This document shows positions 29,045 through 39,105 of a DNA stretch of 64,000 bases, one piece after another; position 1 is the first letter of the stretch; each line of letters begins with the position of its first letter. The stretch spans positions 544,001 through 608,000 of the forward strand of contig CAVVHE010000005.1 in assembly GCA_963748015.1 (NCBI GenBank), written 5' to 3'. The translations under genes were made by a program, and so were the position numbers. The notes below the pieces were generated by a model, which ran no database searches, was not told the DNA's origin, and worked only from the letters and a program-made list of their open reading frames with translations. Source of the stretch: Terriglobia bacterium (GTDB taxonomy: Bacteria; Acidobacteriota; Polarisedimenticolia; Polarisedimenticolales; JAIQFR01).

Positions 29045-30210
29045 GCGCCAAAGTCGAGTCCCATTCCGGCGTGCGGGTCATGTCCGGGAACGAGGCGTGC
29101 GCCCTGGGAGCGATGGCCGCCGGACTGACCTTCTTCGCCGGGTATCCGATCACCCCCTCTTCCGAGATCGCCGAGGAGCTCGTGACGCTCCTCCCGGAGC
29201 GCGGCGGCGCCTTCATCCAGATGGAGGACGAGATCGCCGCGATGGGCGCCGTGATCGGCGCCGCTCTCGCGGGAGCCAAGACGATGACGGCCACCAGCGG
29301 GCCCGGGTTCTCCCTCAAGCAGGAGAACATCGGCTTCGCCTGCATGGCCGAGGTGCCGTGCGTCGTGGTCAACGTGCAGCGGGGCGGGCCGAGCACCGGC
29401 CTCCCGACCATGCCCGCGCAGGGGGACGTGATGCAGGCGCGGTGGGGCACCCACGGCGACCACGCGATCATCGCCCTCGTTCCCAACTCCGTGGCGGAGA
29501 CCTTCGAGCTGACGGTCCGGGCGTTCAACCTCTCCGAGGCGTACCGGACGCCGGTGATCCTCCTGCTCGACGAGATCATCGGCCACGTCAACGAGAAGGT
29601 GTCGCTCCCCGAGCGGGTCGAGGTCGTGAACCGGACCGGTCCCGACGCGCCGCCCGACCGCTATCTCCCGTACCGGCACACCGAGTCCGGCGTCCCGCCG
29701 ATGGCGACGTTCGGAAAGGACGGGTACCGCTTCCACGTGACCGGACTCGCGCACAACGAGACCGGTTTTCCGACCAACGACCCGAAGCAGATCGACAGGT
29801 TGAACCGGCGGATCAACTGGAAGATCGAGCGCCATCGAGACGCCATCGTCGAGGTCGTTCGCGAGCGGTGCGACGACGCGGAGATCGCCGTGTTCGCGTA
29901 CGGCTCGGTCTCCCGCGCCGCCCACCAGGCGGTCGGCGAGGCGCGCGAGAAGGGAATCCGCGTCGGGCTCCTCCGCCCGCGCACCCTGTGGCCCTTCCCC
30001 GACGCCGAGGTCCGGGAGCTCGCGGGCCGGGTGCGCGCGATCGTCGTCCCCGAGATGAATCTCGGACAGATAGCGCACGAGGTGGAGTGGGCGGTGCGCG
30101 GCTCGTGTCCGGTGATCCCGTTCGGGCGCGTGGACGGGCTGCCGATCAGTCCCGCGCAGATTCTCAACCTGATCGAGGAGGCGGCCTCGGGCCGGTCGAA
30201 GGCGCCATGA
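29041..30210 (+). CDS. korA: 2-oxoacid:ferredoxin oxidoreductase alpha subunit (2-oxoglutarate type likely)
   Basis: GYPITPSSE, QMEDEIA, ATSGPGFSL, QRGGPSTGLPT, PEMNLGQ. Confidence 0.92.
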   Translation: MSAKVESHSGVRVMSGNEACALGAMAAGLTFFAGYPITPSSEIAEELVTLLPERGGAFIQMEDEIAAMGAVIGAALAGAKTMTATSGPGFSLKQENIGFACMAEVPCVVVNVQRGGPSTGLPTMPAQGDVMQARWGTHGDHAIIALVPNSVAETFELTVRAFNLSEAYRTPVILLLDEIIGHVNEKVSLPERVEVVNRTGPDAPPDRYLPYRHTESGVPPMATFGKDGYRFHVTGLAHNETGFPTNDPKQIDRLNRRINWKIERHRDAIVEVVRERCDDAEIAVFAYGSVSRAAHQAVGEAREKGIRVGLLRPRTLWPFPDAEVRELAGRVRAIVVPEMNLGQIAHEVEWAVRGSCPVIPFGRVDGLPISPAQILNLIEEAASGRSKAP

Positions 30211-31034
30211 CCGATTACAACCAGTACCTCCGCCTCGACAAGTTCCCGCTGATCTGGTGCCCCGGCTGCGGCGACGGGATCGTCCTCAAGGCGATCCTCC
30301 GCGCGGTGGACCGCATCGGGCTGTCGCGAGACGAGATCTGCATGGTTTCGGGGATCGGCTGCTCCAGCCGGACGCCCGGATACGTGGACGTGAACACGCT
30401 CCACACGACCCACGGGCGCGCGATCACGTTCGCCACCGGCGTGAAGATGGCCCGCCCGGACCTGACCGTGATCGTGGTCACCGGCGACGGCGATGCAACC
30501 GCGATCGGCGGGAACCACTTCATCCACGCCGCGCGGCGGAACATCGACCTCACCGTCTTGCTCTACAACAACTGGATCTACGGGATGACCGGCGGCCAGG
30601 CGTCGCCGAGCACCCCGAAGGGCAGGCGCGCATCCACTGCGCCGTTCGGCTCCTTCGAGCCCAATTTCGACATCGCGGCGCTGGCCGCCGGCGCCGGCGC
30701 GTCCTTCGTCGCGCGGGAGACGGTGGCGAAGCCTTTGGTCCTCGACAAGCTCATCGAGCGGGCGATCCGCAAGAAGGGGTTCTCCCTCGTCGAGGTGATG
30801 ACCCCGTGCCCGACCACGTACGGCCGCCGGAACAAGCCCGCGGATCCCGTCGAGATGGTGCGCGACCTGAAGGAGCGCTCGGTCGGGAAGGGCCGGGTCG
30901 AGGAGCTTCCGGAAGACGAGCGCGAGGACGCCATCGCCACCGGCGTCTTCGTGGACGTGAACAAGCCGGAGTACATCGAGCAGTACCAGGCGCTCGTGAA
31001 GAGGCTGGGCACTGCCGCCGCCGGCCACGCGTGA
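30207..31034 (+). CDS. korB: 2-oxoacid:ferredoxin oxidoreductase beta subunit
   Basis: WCPGCG, SGIGCSSR, GDGD...NN TPP motif, YGMTGGQASP. Confidence 0.92.
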   Translation: MTDYNQYLRLDKFPLIWCPGCGDGIVLKAILRAVDRIGLSRDEICMVSGIGCSSRTPGYVDVNTLHTTHGRAITFATGVKMARPDLTVIVVTGDGDATAIGGNHFIHAARRNIDLTVLLYNNWIYGMTGGQASPSTPKGRRASTAPFGSFEPNFDIAALAAGAGASFVARETVAKPLVLDKLIERAIRKKGFSLVEVMTPCPTTYGRRNKPADPVEMVRDLKERSVGKGRVEELPEDEREDAIATGVFVDVNKPEYIEQYQALVKRLGTAAAGHA

Positions 31035-31056
31035 TCGCGCCGGGCGAGGAGGTCTG

Positions 31057-31614
31057 ATGGGCTTCCGTTACGAGCTGCGTCTGAGCGGCGAGGGCGGCCA
31101 GGGCATGGTCCTGGCCGGGAAGATTCTCGCCGAGGCCGCCGCGATCTACGACGAGCACAACGCGACGCAGAGCCAATCCTACGGCCCCGAGGCGCGGGGG
31201 GGCGCCTGCAAGTCCGACGTCATCATCGCCGACGGCGACATCGACTACCCGAAGGCCGAGCGGATCGATCTCCTTCTCGCCCTCACCCAGGAGGCGCTGG
31301 ACAAGTATGTCGGCGAGCTGAAGCCCGGCGGCTATCTCGTCGTGGACGCCGACGCCGTGAGCCGGATCCCGGACGGGGACTGGAAGATCGTGAAGTTCCC
31401 GTTCGTGCGGACCGCTCGCGAGGCGCTCGGGAAGGTCGTGGTCGCGAACATCGTGGCGCTCGGCCTCATCGTGCGCCTCTCCAGGGCCGTCACGGAGAAC
31501 GCGGCGGAGCAGGCGATCCTCGCCCGGGTGCCCAAGGGAACCGAGGACCTGAACCGCCGCGCCTTCCGCACCGGGTTCGAGGCGGCCGAAGCTCTCGTCC
31601 CGTCGGCGGTCTGA
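31057..31614 (+). CDS. 2-oxoacid:ferredoxin oxidoreductase gamma subunit
   Basis: GEGGQG, QSYGPEARGG, ANIVALG. Confidence 0.92.
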   Translation: MGFRYELRLSGEGGQGMVLAGKILAEAAAIYDEHNATQSQSYGPEARGGACKSDVIIADGDIDYPKAERIDLLLALTQEALDKYVGELKPGGYLVVDADAVSRIPDGDWKIVKFPFVRTAREALGKVVVANIVALGLIVRLSRAVTENAAEQAILARVPKGTEDLNRRAFRTGFEAAEALVPSAV

Positions 31615-31645
31615 CGCCGCGCGCCGGGGCGCGCCGCCCGACATC

Positions 31646-34597
31646 ATGGACCGCGCGCTCCAGCCCCTCGTCGTCAGGGCACACGCACTCGGCAATCCCG
31701 CGCGCAAGTTCCTCCGCGCCGTCGAGCGGCACGCCGATCTCCTTCTCTCCCGCCTCGAGGCGTCGGGGGGCGTCTCGCGCGTCCACCTGGACCGGGCCGC
31801 CCCCTCCCTGAAGGAGGACTTCGATCTCGTCGCGTCCGCCGGGCGCGATCCGGCGGAGGTCCTCACGCTGCTCGGGACCTTCCACGCGGTCCAGCTCCTG
31901 CACCAGAACGTGACCTCGCTCCGCAGGCTGGCGCAGGACGTCGCCGAGCAGCCCGACCGCCGGGGGGTCCGCCGCACCTTCCTGCGGCGGGCAGCGGAGG
32001 AGTTCTCGCGGCTCGAGAGCGTCTACGTGCGGCACGTGCTCGCGGCGGCCCTTCCGCCGAAGCTCCGCGCGGCCTACGTCATGCTCTCGGTCGGCACTCC
32101 GTCGCACCAGGACGACATCGACGTCGCGATCGTCGTCGACGAGGACGCCGACCGCGCGCCGCTCGAGAGAGGATTCGCGGCCCTCGGCGGGCAGATGCTC
32201 CGCTACGCGAGCCCCCTCGACCATTACGTCGCGGAGCAGCTCGGGCTCGAAGGCTTCTGCGTCTCCCCGACGCAGCTTCGCGAGGCGCTCCGCACCGGCC
32301 GGCCGGACTTCGTGATCGTCACCGAGCTGCTCCGGGCGGAGCCCGTCGCCGGCAGCCGGAAGCTGTTCGACCGGTTCAGGGAGGCCGTGACCGCCGGCTA
32401 CTTCCATCGTCCGGGCCACGACGACCCGGCACACGAGTTCTACCTGCGAGGCATCCTCGGCGAGACCCGCTCCCTGCTGCTGCGTCCGCCCTCGGCGTCC
32501 TCGGTCCACCCGAAGGACGACGGCCTGCGCCTCGTCCTCGGCCTCGCGAGCGCGTTGAAAGCCGTGGAGGGGGTGCGCGAGACCCGGATCCTCGAGCTGT
32601 TCCGGCTCCTGGCGCGGCGCCGCCGCTCGCTCCGCGCGCACCTCGCACGGCTCGAGGAGAGCTACGTCTTTCTTGACACGTTTCGCCATCTCGCCCACCT
32701 GCTGATCGTCGAGGAGGAGGAGATCGAGGTGGAAGGAGACGCCGCGCGGGACAACCTCGGCCGCGTCGCCGCGGCGATGGGATACCGCGACCGGGGAGCC
32801 GTCGACGCGGTGGACTACCTGCTGGTCCACTACCACGAGGCGGTGGAGGAGGCGCACGCCGTCGCTCCCCGCCTGATGGAGGAGCTGGCCCGCCACCTGG
32901 CGGCGATCACGCGCTCGGCCCGGTGGATCCGGGGGACGACTCCCGGAGACCTCGCGCTGGAGCTCGCCGGGGACCTCGACGCCGCGGGCCGGTCGTTCCG
33001 CGGCGTCAGGTTCTGGGACGACGTCCTCGAGGCGTTCGCCGCGCCGGACGGCCGGCTCCTCGGGGAATTCCGCGCGAGCTGGCGGCGGATCCCGGACACG
33101 GCGCGCCGCGGCCTCGCCGTCGGGTACGCCGACTGGGGCCGTCACGCGCCGTACGCCGTCGTGACGCTGCTCACGCTGCTCGCGCGGGAGGAGGGTTCCG
33201 CTCCCCCGCCGTCGCCGGCGCTCGAGATCGGCACGGCTTTCTTCGACCGTCTCGGATCGAGGCCGGAGGAGATCCGCGCGCTGTCTCGCGTGTTCCGCTC
33301 GTACCCGGACCTGATGAACCGGTTCCTCCTCACTCTCGGCGACGAGAGGCTCGACCGCCTCCGCGAGGTCCTTGCCGCGCCGATCGCCGACCCGGAGGTC
33401 GCCGCCGCGCGCGACCGGTTCGCGGCGCTCGTCGAGGTCCACCGGGGGACCAGCCAGTACGTGAAGCGCGTCCTCGCGAGGATCACGGTCCGCCACCCGG
33501 CCACGGTGCTCGCTCTCTCCGACGCGGCCGCGCTGCGCACGCTGGCGCTCGGACGCCTCGCGGCGAGCGAGAGCCATCCGAGCCCGGAGGAGCAGAAGGG
33601 GCTGCTGGGCGACTACTACGATCTCTCGTTCCTTCGCACGGCGATGGGCACGCTGCAGGGCACCCCCGGCGACGCGACGCGCTCGTCCTACATGGAGATC
33701 ACGCGGACCTATCTGACCAACCTGTTCGATCTCTGCCTGCGCGAGGTCGAGAGGGAAGAGGGGATCCGCCTTCCGGACCGGGACCTCCTGGGGATCTTCC
33801 TCGCGGGCGGCAACGCTCGCGGGCGCCCGTACGACGACGACTACGACCTCCTGGTGCTCCTCGACGGAACGGGCGCCGCCGCCCGCCGCATCGCGGAGAC
33901 CGCGGTCGTGCGGATGAACCGGGAGATCGCCCGCCGCGGCGTGGTGGCCCAGTACCGTCTCGGCGAGAGGCTCGGCGGCTTCGTCACGCCTCTCGAATCC
34001 CTCGTTCGGCTCCTCGCAGGCATCGACGACGGGCTGTTCGTGGACCGGTGCCAGCTCCTCGGCGCGAGGATGATCACCGGAGGCCGCAAGATCGAGGAGG
34101 CCCTGCGAGAGAAGGTGCTCCGGCCCCTGGTCTTCGGCGAGGCGGACGCGTTCATCGCGCGGGTCGCGCGGGAGATCCGGGAGCGGCGCGCCGCGTTCCG
34201 CCCGATGTCCGCGGGAACGATCCAGCTCAAGGAGGCCCCGGGCGGCCTCCGCGAGATCGACCTCTGCCTCGCCGCGGAAAAGGCGCGGCTCAATGCGTGG
34301 GAAGCGGTGGACGACGACCTGTTCGGCGGCCTCGCGCGCCGGGATCCGGGCAGGCGTCCGCTGTACGACTCGCTCGCCGCCGCGAGCGATTTTCTCGTCG
34401 CCGTGCGCTCGGTCTGCCGGGTGTGCATCGCGGCCTCCGACGAGGTGCACGAGGACCACCTCGGCGCCCCGGCGCGCATCCTCGGCTATCTCCCGCCGTC
34501 CTGCGACGATCCCGCCAAGGCGCTCCTCCGCGATGTCGAGCGGCACCTCGCCGCGTCCGAGCTCGCGGTGACGGCGCTCCTCCCGGGCCTCGCCTGA
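31646..34597 (+). CDS. Divergent GlnE/GlnD-like protein with two nucleotidyltransferase modules
   Basis: LSVGTPSHQDDIDVAIV...HPKDDGLR and FLAGGNARGRPYDDDYDLLVL...LKEAPGGLREID. Confidence 0.65.
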   Translation: MDRALQPLVVRAHALGNPARKFLRAVERHADLLLSRLEASGGVSRVHLDRAAPSLKEDFDLVASAGRDPAEVLTLLGTFHAVQLLHQNVTSLRRLAQDVAEQPDRRGVRRTFLRRAAEEFSRLESVYVRHVLAAALPPKLRAAYVMLSVGTPSHQDDIDVAIVVDEDADRAPLERGFAALGGQMLRYASPLDHYVAEQLGLEGFCVSPTQLREALRTGRPDFVIVTELLRAEPVAGSRKLFDRFREAVTAGYFHRPGHDDPAHEFYLRGILGETRSLLLRPPSASSVHPKDDGLRLVLGLASALKAVEGVRETRILELFRLLARRRRSLRAHLARLEESYVFLDTFRHLAHLLIVEEEEIEVEGDAARDNLGRVAAAMGYRDRGAVDAVDYLLVHYHEAVEEAHAVAPRLMEELARHLAAITRSARWIRGTTPGDLALELAGDLDAAGRSFRGVRFWDDVLEAFAAPDGRLLGEFRASWRRIPDTARRGLAVGYADWGRHAPYAVVTLLTLLAREEGSAPPPSPALEIGTAFFDRLGSRPEEIRALSRVFRSYPDLMNRFLLTLGDERLDRLREVLAAPIADPEVAAARDRFAALVEVHRGTSQYVKRVLARITVRHPATVLALSDAAALRTLALGRLAASESHPSPEEQKGLLGDYYDLSFLRTAMGTLQGTPGDATRSSYMEITRTYLTNLFDLCLREVEREEGIRLPDRDLLGIFLAGGNARGRPYDDDYDLLVLLDGTGAAARRIAETAVVRMNREIARRGVVAQYRLGERLGGFVTPLESLVRLLAGIDDGLFVDRCQLLGARMITGGRKIEEALREKVLRPLVFGEADAFIARVAREIRERRAAFRPMSAGTIQLKEAPGGLREIDLCLAAEKARLNAWEAVDDDLFGGLARRDPGRRPLYDSLAAASDFLVAVRSVCRVCIAASDEVHEDHLGAPARILGYLPPSCDDPAKALLRDVERHLAASELAVTALLPGLA

Positions 34598-34637
34598 GCC
34601 CCGCCCGTCGCCTCCGGTCGGAAGAGCAGCCGGGCGC

Positions 34638-36026
34638 TCAGATCTGACGGTGGATGAAGGGCGCGAGGAGGCGGAGCAGGTTGAGCTTGAGGATCTTGAG
34701 GCGGGAGACGCCCGGGTAGCGCTCCTCCCCGCCCACCGGCTTCCCGTCGCTACCGATCCGGAACGCCTTCGACAGGTGCGCGTCCATCGAGGCCCGGAGC
34801 TGCTCCGACAGGGCGGCGTCGTTCGCGACGACCGCCAGCTCGGTGTTGAGGTACTCCGACCTCGGATCGAGGTTGAAGGTCCCCACGATCGAGGTCGTGG
34901 CGTCGATCACCGCCGACTTCGCGTGCATGGACTCGGGACCGCGGAACTCCCAGACTTCGACCCCCATGCGCACGAGCTTTTCTTTCTTGCCGACGTATCC
35001 CGCCTGGGCGAGCAGGTTGTCGGTGGAGTTGAGGGAATTCGTCAGGATGCGGACGTCGACGCCGCGGCGGAGCAGATCCTCGAGCCCCCTGAGGAAGGCT
35101 TTCGACGGCACGAGGTAGGGGGATTCGATCTCGAGCGTGCCGGTCGCCGACGTCATGAGGTCCAGCAGCTCGTTCCCGATCCCCCGCTCCTCCCCCTTGC
35201 GGCCGACCGGATCGTGGAGGAAGCGGACCTCGCCCAGATCTAGGAGCCCTTCCGTCCAGTCCACCGGCTCGCCGGAACGGAACCAGGAAGCCATCTCGAG
35301 CACGGCGATCGCCTCGTCCATCCGAAGCCCGGCCCGGCGGTAGGCCTCGACCGCCGCGCCCCGGCGAATCGAACAGCGCCAGCGCTCGTCCTCGCGCGGC
35401 AGGTCCTCGCAGCGGGCCTCGCGGATCGACGGGTCGTGGTCGCCGAGGCGCGTGCGCCTCACCTCGCCGCTGTACCAGAGATCGTGGAAGTACGCGCGGG
35501 CGTCCGCCGCCGCCCTCCCGGCGACCAGCGCGTCCCTGTCGACGTAGTTCCTTCCGCCGAAGCCGAAGTACGGGTTGGCGACGTTGCGGCCCCCGGTGAG
35601 CATCCGCTCGCCGTCCGCGACCAGGAGCTTGTCGTGCAGCCGCCGCGTCCACCAGCGGGGCTTCGTGAGGCGGAAGGGGTGGTACTCCCGGATCTCGACC
35701 CCCTGGTCCACGAGGTAGGCCTGGATCGCCTTCGACATCCTGTTGAAGCTGCCGTCCACGATCAGGCGCACCGCCACCCCGCGCCGCGCCGCCTCGCGGA
35801 GCAACGCGAGCCCGATCATCGAAACCTGGTCGTCCTCGACGATGAAGTACTCGGCGTCGAGCGAGAGGCGGGCTTGACGGACCAGGTCGATGCGGGCCTG
35901 CGCCGCCTCCTGGTCGCCGTCCAGGATGCGGAAGACGTCGGCGAGCGCCGGGGTGGCGAGCGCGATCGCGAGGCACGCGGCGGCGGCCGCGGCTCGAGCC
36001 GCCACCCGCGCCGGGCCGCCGCTCAT
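34638..36026 (-). CDS. Exported phospholipase D family protein (ClsC/YmdC-like)
   Basis: Signal peptide; two HKD motifs LHDKLLVAD and MHAKSAVID; GGRN, NLDPRS. Confidence 0.9.
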   Translation of the reverse strand: MSGGPARVAARAAAAAACLAIALATPALADVFRILDGDQEAAQARIDLVRQARLSLDAEYFIVEDDQVSMIGLALLREAARRGVAVRLIVDGSFNRMSKAIQAYLVDQGVEIREYHPFRLTKPRWWTRRLHDKLLVADGERMLTGGRNVANPYFGFGGRNYVDRDALVAGRAAADARAYFHDLWYSGEVRRTRLGDHDPSIREARCEDLPREDERWRCSIRRGAAVEAYRRAGLRMDEAIAVLEMASWFRSGEPVDWTEGLLDLGEVRFLHDPVGRKGEERGIGNELLDLMTSATGTLEIESPYLVPSKAFLRGLEDLLRRGVDVRILTNSLNSTDNLLAQAGYVGKKEKLVRMGVEVWEFRGPESMHAKSAVIDATTSIVGTFNLDPRSEYLNTELAVVANDAALSEQLRASMDAHLSKAFRIGSDGKPVGGEERYPGVSRLKILKLNLLRLLAPFIHRQI

Positions 36027-36757
36027 TCCTCCGGCATCCCCTCGACGCGCACCGGATCGCTCTGCTCCTCGAGGTGCCGCTTCCCGGAGAAGTCGATCCA
36101 GTGGCCGGAGCGCTCGGCCTTGGTCTCCAGGTAGAACCGGTTGTGCGGGTTCGGCGGCATCACGTGGGGGATCCTCCCGTCCACCGGGACCCCGTAGCGC
36201 GTGAGCTGCGAGATCTTGGCCGGGTTGTTGGTCATCAGGCGGATCGACCTCACGTCGAGGCTCATGATCATGTGCGCCGCGACCGCGTAGTCGCGCTCGT
36301 CGTCACGGAAGCCGAGGGCGAGGTTCGCCTCGACCGTGTCGAGCCCGCGGTCCTGAAGCGCGTAGGCCCGGATCTTGTTGATCAGGCCGATGCCGCGCCC
36401 CTCCTGCCGCATGTAGAGCAGCAGCCCGCGCTCCATCGAGCCGAGCGTTGCGAGGGCGGCCTCGAGCTGGTCGCGGCAGTCGCAGCGCAGCGAGCCCATC
36501 ACGTCGCCGGTCAGGCACTCGGAGTGGAGCCGCGTCGGCACCTCGGCGGCCCCCACGATGTCCCCGTGGACCATCGCGACGTGCTCCTTCGCGTCGCGGT
36601 TGTTCCAGAACGCGACGATCCGGAACTCTCCGAAGCGGCTGGGGAGATCGGCGGTTCCCGCGATCCGCACGCAGACCCTCTGCGGGCCGAAACCCTCGCA
36701 TTCGTGGTCGCGGTCGCGCTCGACCAGCGCCGCGAGCGCCGACGCGTTGGTGCTCAT
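36023..36757 (-). CDS. ribA: GTP cyclohydrolase II
   Basis: RLHSECLTGDVMGSLRCDCRDQL, QEGRGIGL, TNNPAK, YLETK. Confidence 0.93.
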   Translation of the reverse strand: MSTNASALAALVERDRDHECEGFGPQRVCVRIAGTADLPSRFGEFRIVAFWNNRDAKEHVAMVHGDIVGAAEVPTRLHSECLTGDVMGSLRCDCRDQLEAALATLGSMERGLLLYMRQEGRGIGLINKIRAYALQDRGLDTVEANLALGFRDDERDYAVAAHMIMSLDVRSIRLMTNNPAKISQLTRYGVPVDGRIPHVMPPNPHNRFYLETKAERSGHWIDFSGKRHLEEQSDPVRVEGMPEE

Positions 36758-37782
36758 GGCTTTGTCTCCGAGAGAATTCGCTGCGCGAGGCGCCGTCCGG
36801 AGGACCAGGCCGCCTCGACGCCGCCGCCCGGCCAGAAGATCTCTCCCGCGAGGCCCAGGTGCCCGCCCCCCGGGAGGCGAAGGAGCATCGGCCCCGCCAG
36901 CTCGGCCCCGCGATCCACGCGCGCGTATCGCCAGCGGTGGCCCTGGTGCCACTCCGGCCTCGAGGCCCACGGGCCGATCAGGCGCGCCGCCTCCTCGAGC
37001 ACCTCGGCGGTCCACGACTCGGGCGGCGACGAGAGCCGTTCTCGCGAGAACCCCGGCCGCGCCTGGTACACCAGGACGAGCCAGCGCGGCTGGTCCCGCT
37101 TGGCGGAGTCGTTCGAGATCAGCTGGAGGATCCTCGAGTCCTCGGGGTAGTCGATGTCCCATTCGGGCCCTTCGGTGTCGGGCGGGTAGCCCGCGATCAC
37201 CGTCAGGCAGGGATGCGTGCCCGCCGCTCCCAGGAGGACCTTCGCGGCCTCGACGTCCGGCAGTCCCGGAGGAAGCGTCGCGACCAGGTCGCGGGCCTGC
37301 TCCGACGGGAGCGCGAGAACCGCGGTGCGAGCCGTCAGGTCGGAGCCTCCCTCGAGCCGCAGCGTGACCGAGCGCTCTCCTTCCGAGAGCGACAGCACCC
37401 GCTGGCCGAGGCGGACGTGAAGCCCGGCCGCGAGGCGCTTCGGGAACGCGCTGAGACCCTGCCGGAACGCGGTGCGCGTCTCGCCTGCCAGGAAGGCCTG
37501 GGGCTGGCAGGGCAAGCCCGCGCCGTGGATTCGCTCCGGCCAGCCCGGCAGCGCGCCGGGCGCGCCCTCGGGGTCGAGCGCCTCGAGGAACGCCGGGCTC
37601 GAGCCGTGCAGGAACACGACGCCGTGGTCCACCGCCTGGTCCTCGACACGCCGCGTCGCGCAGCGTCCCCCGACGCCTCGCGCCTTGTCCAGCACGACGA
37701 CCGAGCGCCCCGATCGGCGCAGGAACCCGGAGCAGGAGAGACCGGCGATGCCGGCCCCCACCACCGCGACGTCGTCGACCAA
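36754..37782 (-). CDS. Renalase-like FAD/NAD(P)-dependent oxidoreductase
   Basis: VVGAGIAGL, DKARGVGGRCATRR, DHG, HRWRYAR, VEAAWSSG; TTG start after AAAGGA inferred. Confidence 0.85.
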   Translation of the reverse strand: MVDDVAVVGAGIAGLSCSGFLRRSGRSVVVLDKARGVGGRCATRRVEDQAVDHGVVFLHGSSPAFLEALDPEGAPGALPGWPERIHGAGLPCQPQAFLAGETRTAFRQGLSAFPKRLAAGLHVRLGQRVLSLSEGERSVTLRLEGGSDLTARTAVLALPSEQARDLVATLPPGLPDVEAAKVLLGAAGTHPCLTVIAGYPPDTEGPEWDIDYPEDSRILQLISNDSAKRDQPRWLVLVYQARPGFSRERLSSPPESWTAEVLEEAARLIGPWASRPEWHQGHRWRYARVDRGAELAGPMLLRLPGGGHLGLAGEIFWPGGGVEAAWSSGRRLAQRILSETKP

Positions 37783-38009
37783 GAGGGGGTCCTTTCCCGC
37801 CGCCCAGGGGGCATCCGCTCGCCGCGAATCCGCCCCGGCAGGCTCGATGGCGACGGCCGGGCAGCCGGCCCGACGACCATCATAACCCAGGCACGGCGGC
37901 GGTCCCGGTCGCGACCCGTCGTGGAGGCGTACGCCCTCGCGCCGGTCGGGCGACCCGCCCCTTGACGGGCGCGGTTTCAATAGATATAGTCATGTCTTGA
38001 GATGTTGAG

Positions 38010-38417
38010 ATGATCACGCAAACCGTGAAGTACGCGCTCCAGATCCTCGGCTACCTCCGCAGCCGGGGAAAGGAGCGGGTCCGTGGCGACGAGATCGCCC
38101 GCGCGACCGGGATCCCGGCCAACTACCTTTCCAAGATCCTGAACCAGCTCCGGAAGGCCGGCATCGTGGACTCCCGGAAAGGGTGGGGCGGCGGGTTCAT
38201 GCTCCGTCGCGAGGCTCTCCGCCGCCCGATCACCGACATCGTGACGGTCTTCGAGGGGCGGAGCGCGCGACGAGCGCAGGAGTGCGTGTTCGGGCTCTCG
38301 CGGTGCGACGCGACCGATCCCTGCCCCCTGCACCCCTTCTGGGAGAGCATTCGCGAGACCTACGACGACATGCTTCGCAAGACCTCGATCGGAGACCTGA
38401 CGGCGGTACGCCGCTGA
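38010..38417 (+). CDS. Rrf2 family Fe-S transcriptional regulator
   Basis: YLSKILNQLRKAGIVDSRKGWGGGF; C-x6-C-x5-CPLH. Confidence 0.92.
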   Translation: MITQTVKYALQILGYLRSRGKERVRGDEIARATGIPANYLSKILNQLRKAGIVDSRKGWGGGFMLRREALRRPITDIVTVFEGRSARRAQECVFGLSRCDATDPCPLHPFWESIRETYDDMLRKTSIGDLTAVRR

Positions 38418-38487
38418 GTTTTTTTGAGCCATCAGCGCATCTGCGCATGCGCTGAGAATTCGTGCTGGACGCACGCAGGAGAGAAAC

Positions 38488-39105
38488 ATGGCGAAGGCCC
38501 TCGATATCCTGATGGACGAGCACCGCGTGATCGAGCAGGTGCTCGGATCGCTCGAGACGTTCGCAAAGCGGCTCGAGAGCGAGCCGGACCCGCGCGGCAC
38601 GCTGCGCGACTTCGGACGGTTCTTCAAGGAGTTCGCCGACCGGTGCCACCACGCGAAGGAAGAGGACCGCCTGTTCGTCGAGATGGTGCGGCACGGCTTC
38701 CCGCGAGAGCAGGGGCCGATCGCGGTGATGCTGTCGGACCACGTGGAGGGGCGCGCCCACGTCGGCGGGCTCGCGAAGGCCGGCGAGGGGAGCGGGCCGC
38801 TCTCGGCCGAGGAGTGCGCGTCCGTGCGCTACCACGTCCATGCGTACGTCCCGCTGCTCCGCGGGCACATCCTGAAGGAGGACCGCGTCCTCTACCCGAT
38901 GGCGAGCGACGCGCTCCCCGCCGACGTGATGGACCGGCTCGCGGAGGACTTCGAGGGGCACGAGCGCCACGAGATGGGCGAGGGCAAGCACGAGGAGCTC
39001 CACCGCCTCGCGGTACAGCTGATCGAGGCGTACCCGCCGGCCGGCGGCGGTGACAGCCCGTCCTGCGGCGCGTGCGGCTTTCACGAGGCGGAGGCGGGAC
39101 GATGA
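38488..39105 (+). CDS. Hemerythrin domain protein
   Basis: EHRVI, HHAKEE, DHVEGR, HILKED. Confidence 0.9.
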   Translation: MAKALDILMDEHRVIEQVLGSLETFAKRLESEPDPRGTLRDFGRFFKEFADRCHHAKEEDRLFVEMVRHGFPREQGPIAVMLSDHVEGRAHVGGLAKAGEGSGPLSAEECASVRYHVHAYVPLLRGHILKEDRVLYPMASDALPADVMDRLAEDFEGHERHEMGEGKHEELHRLAVQLIEAYPPAGGGDSPSCGACGFHEAEAGR

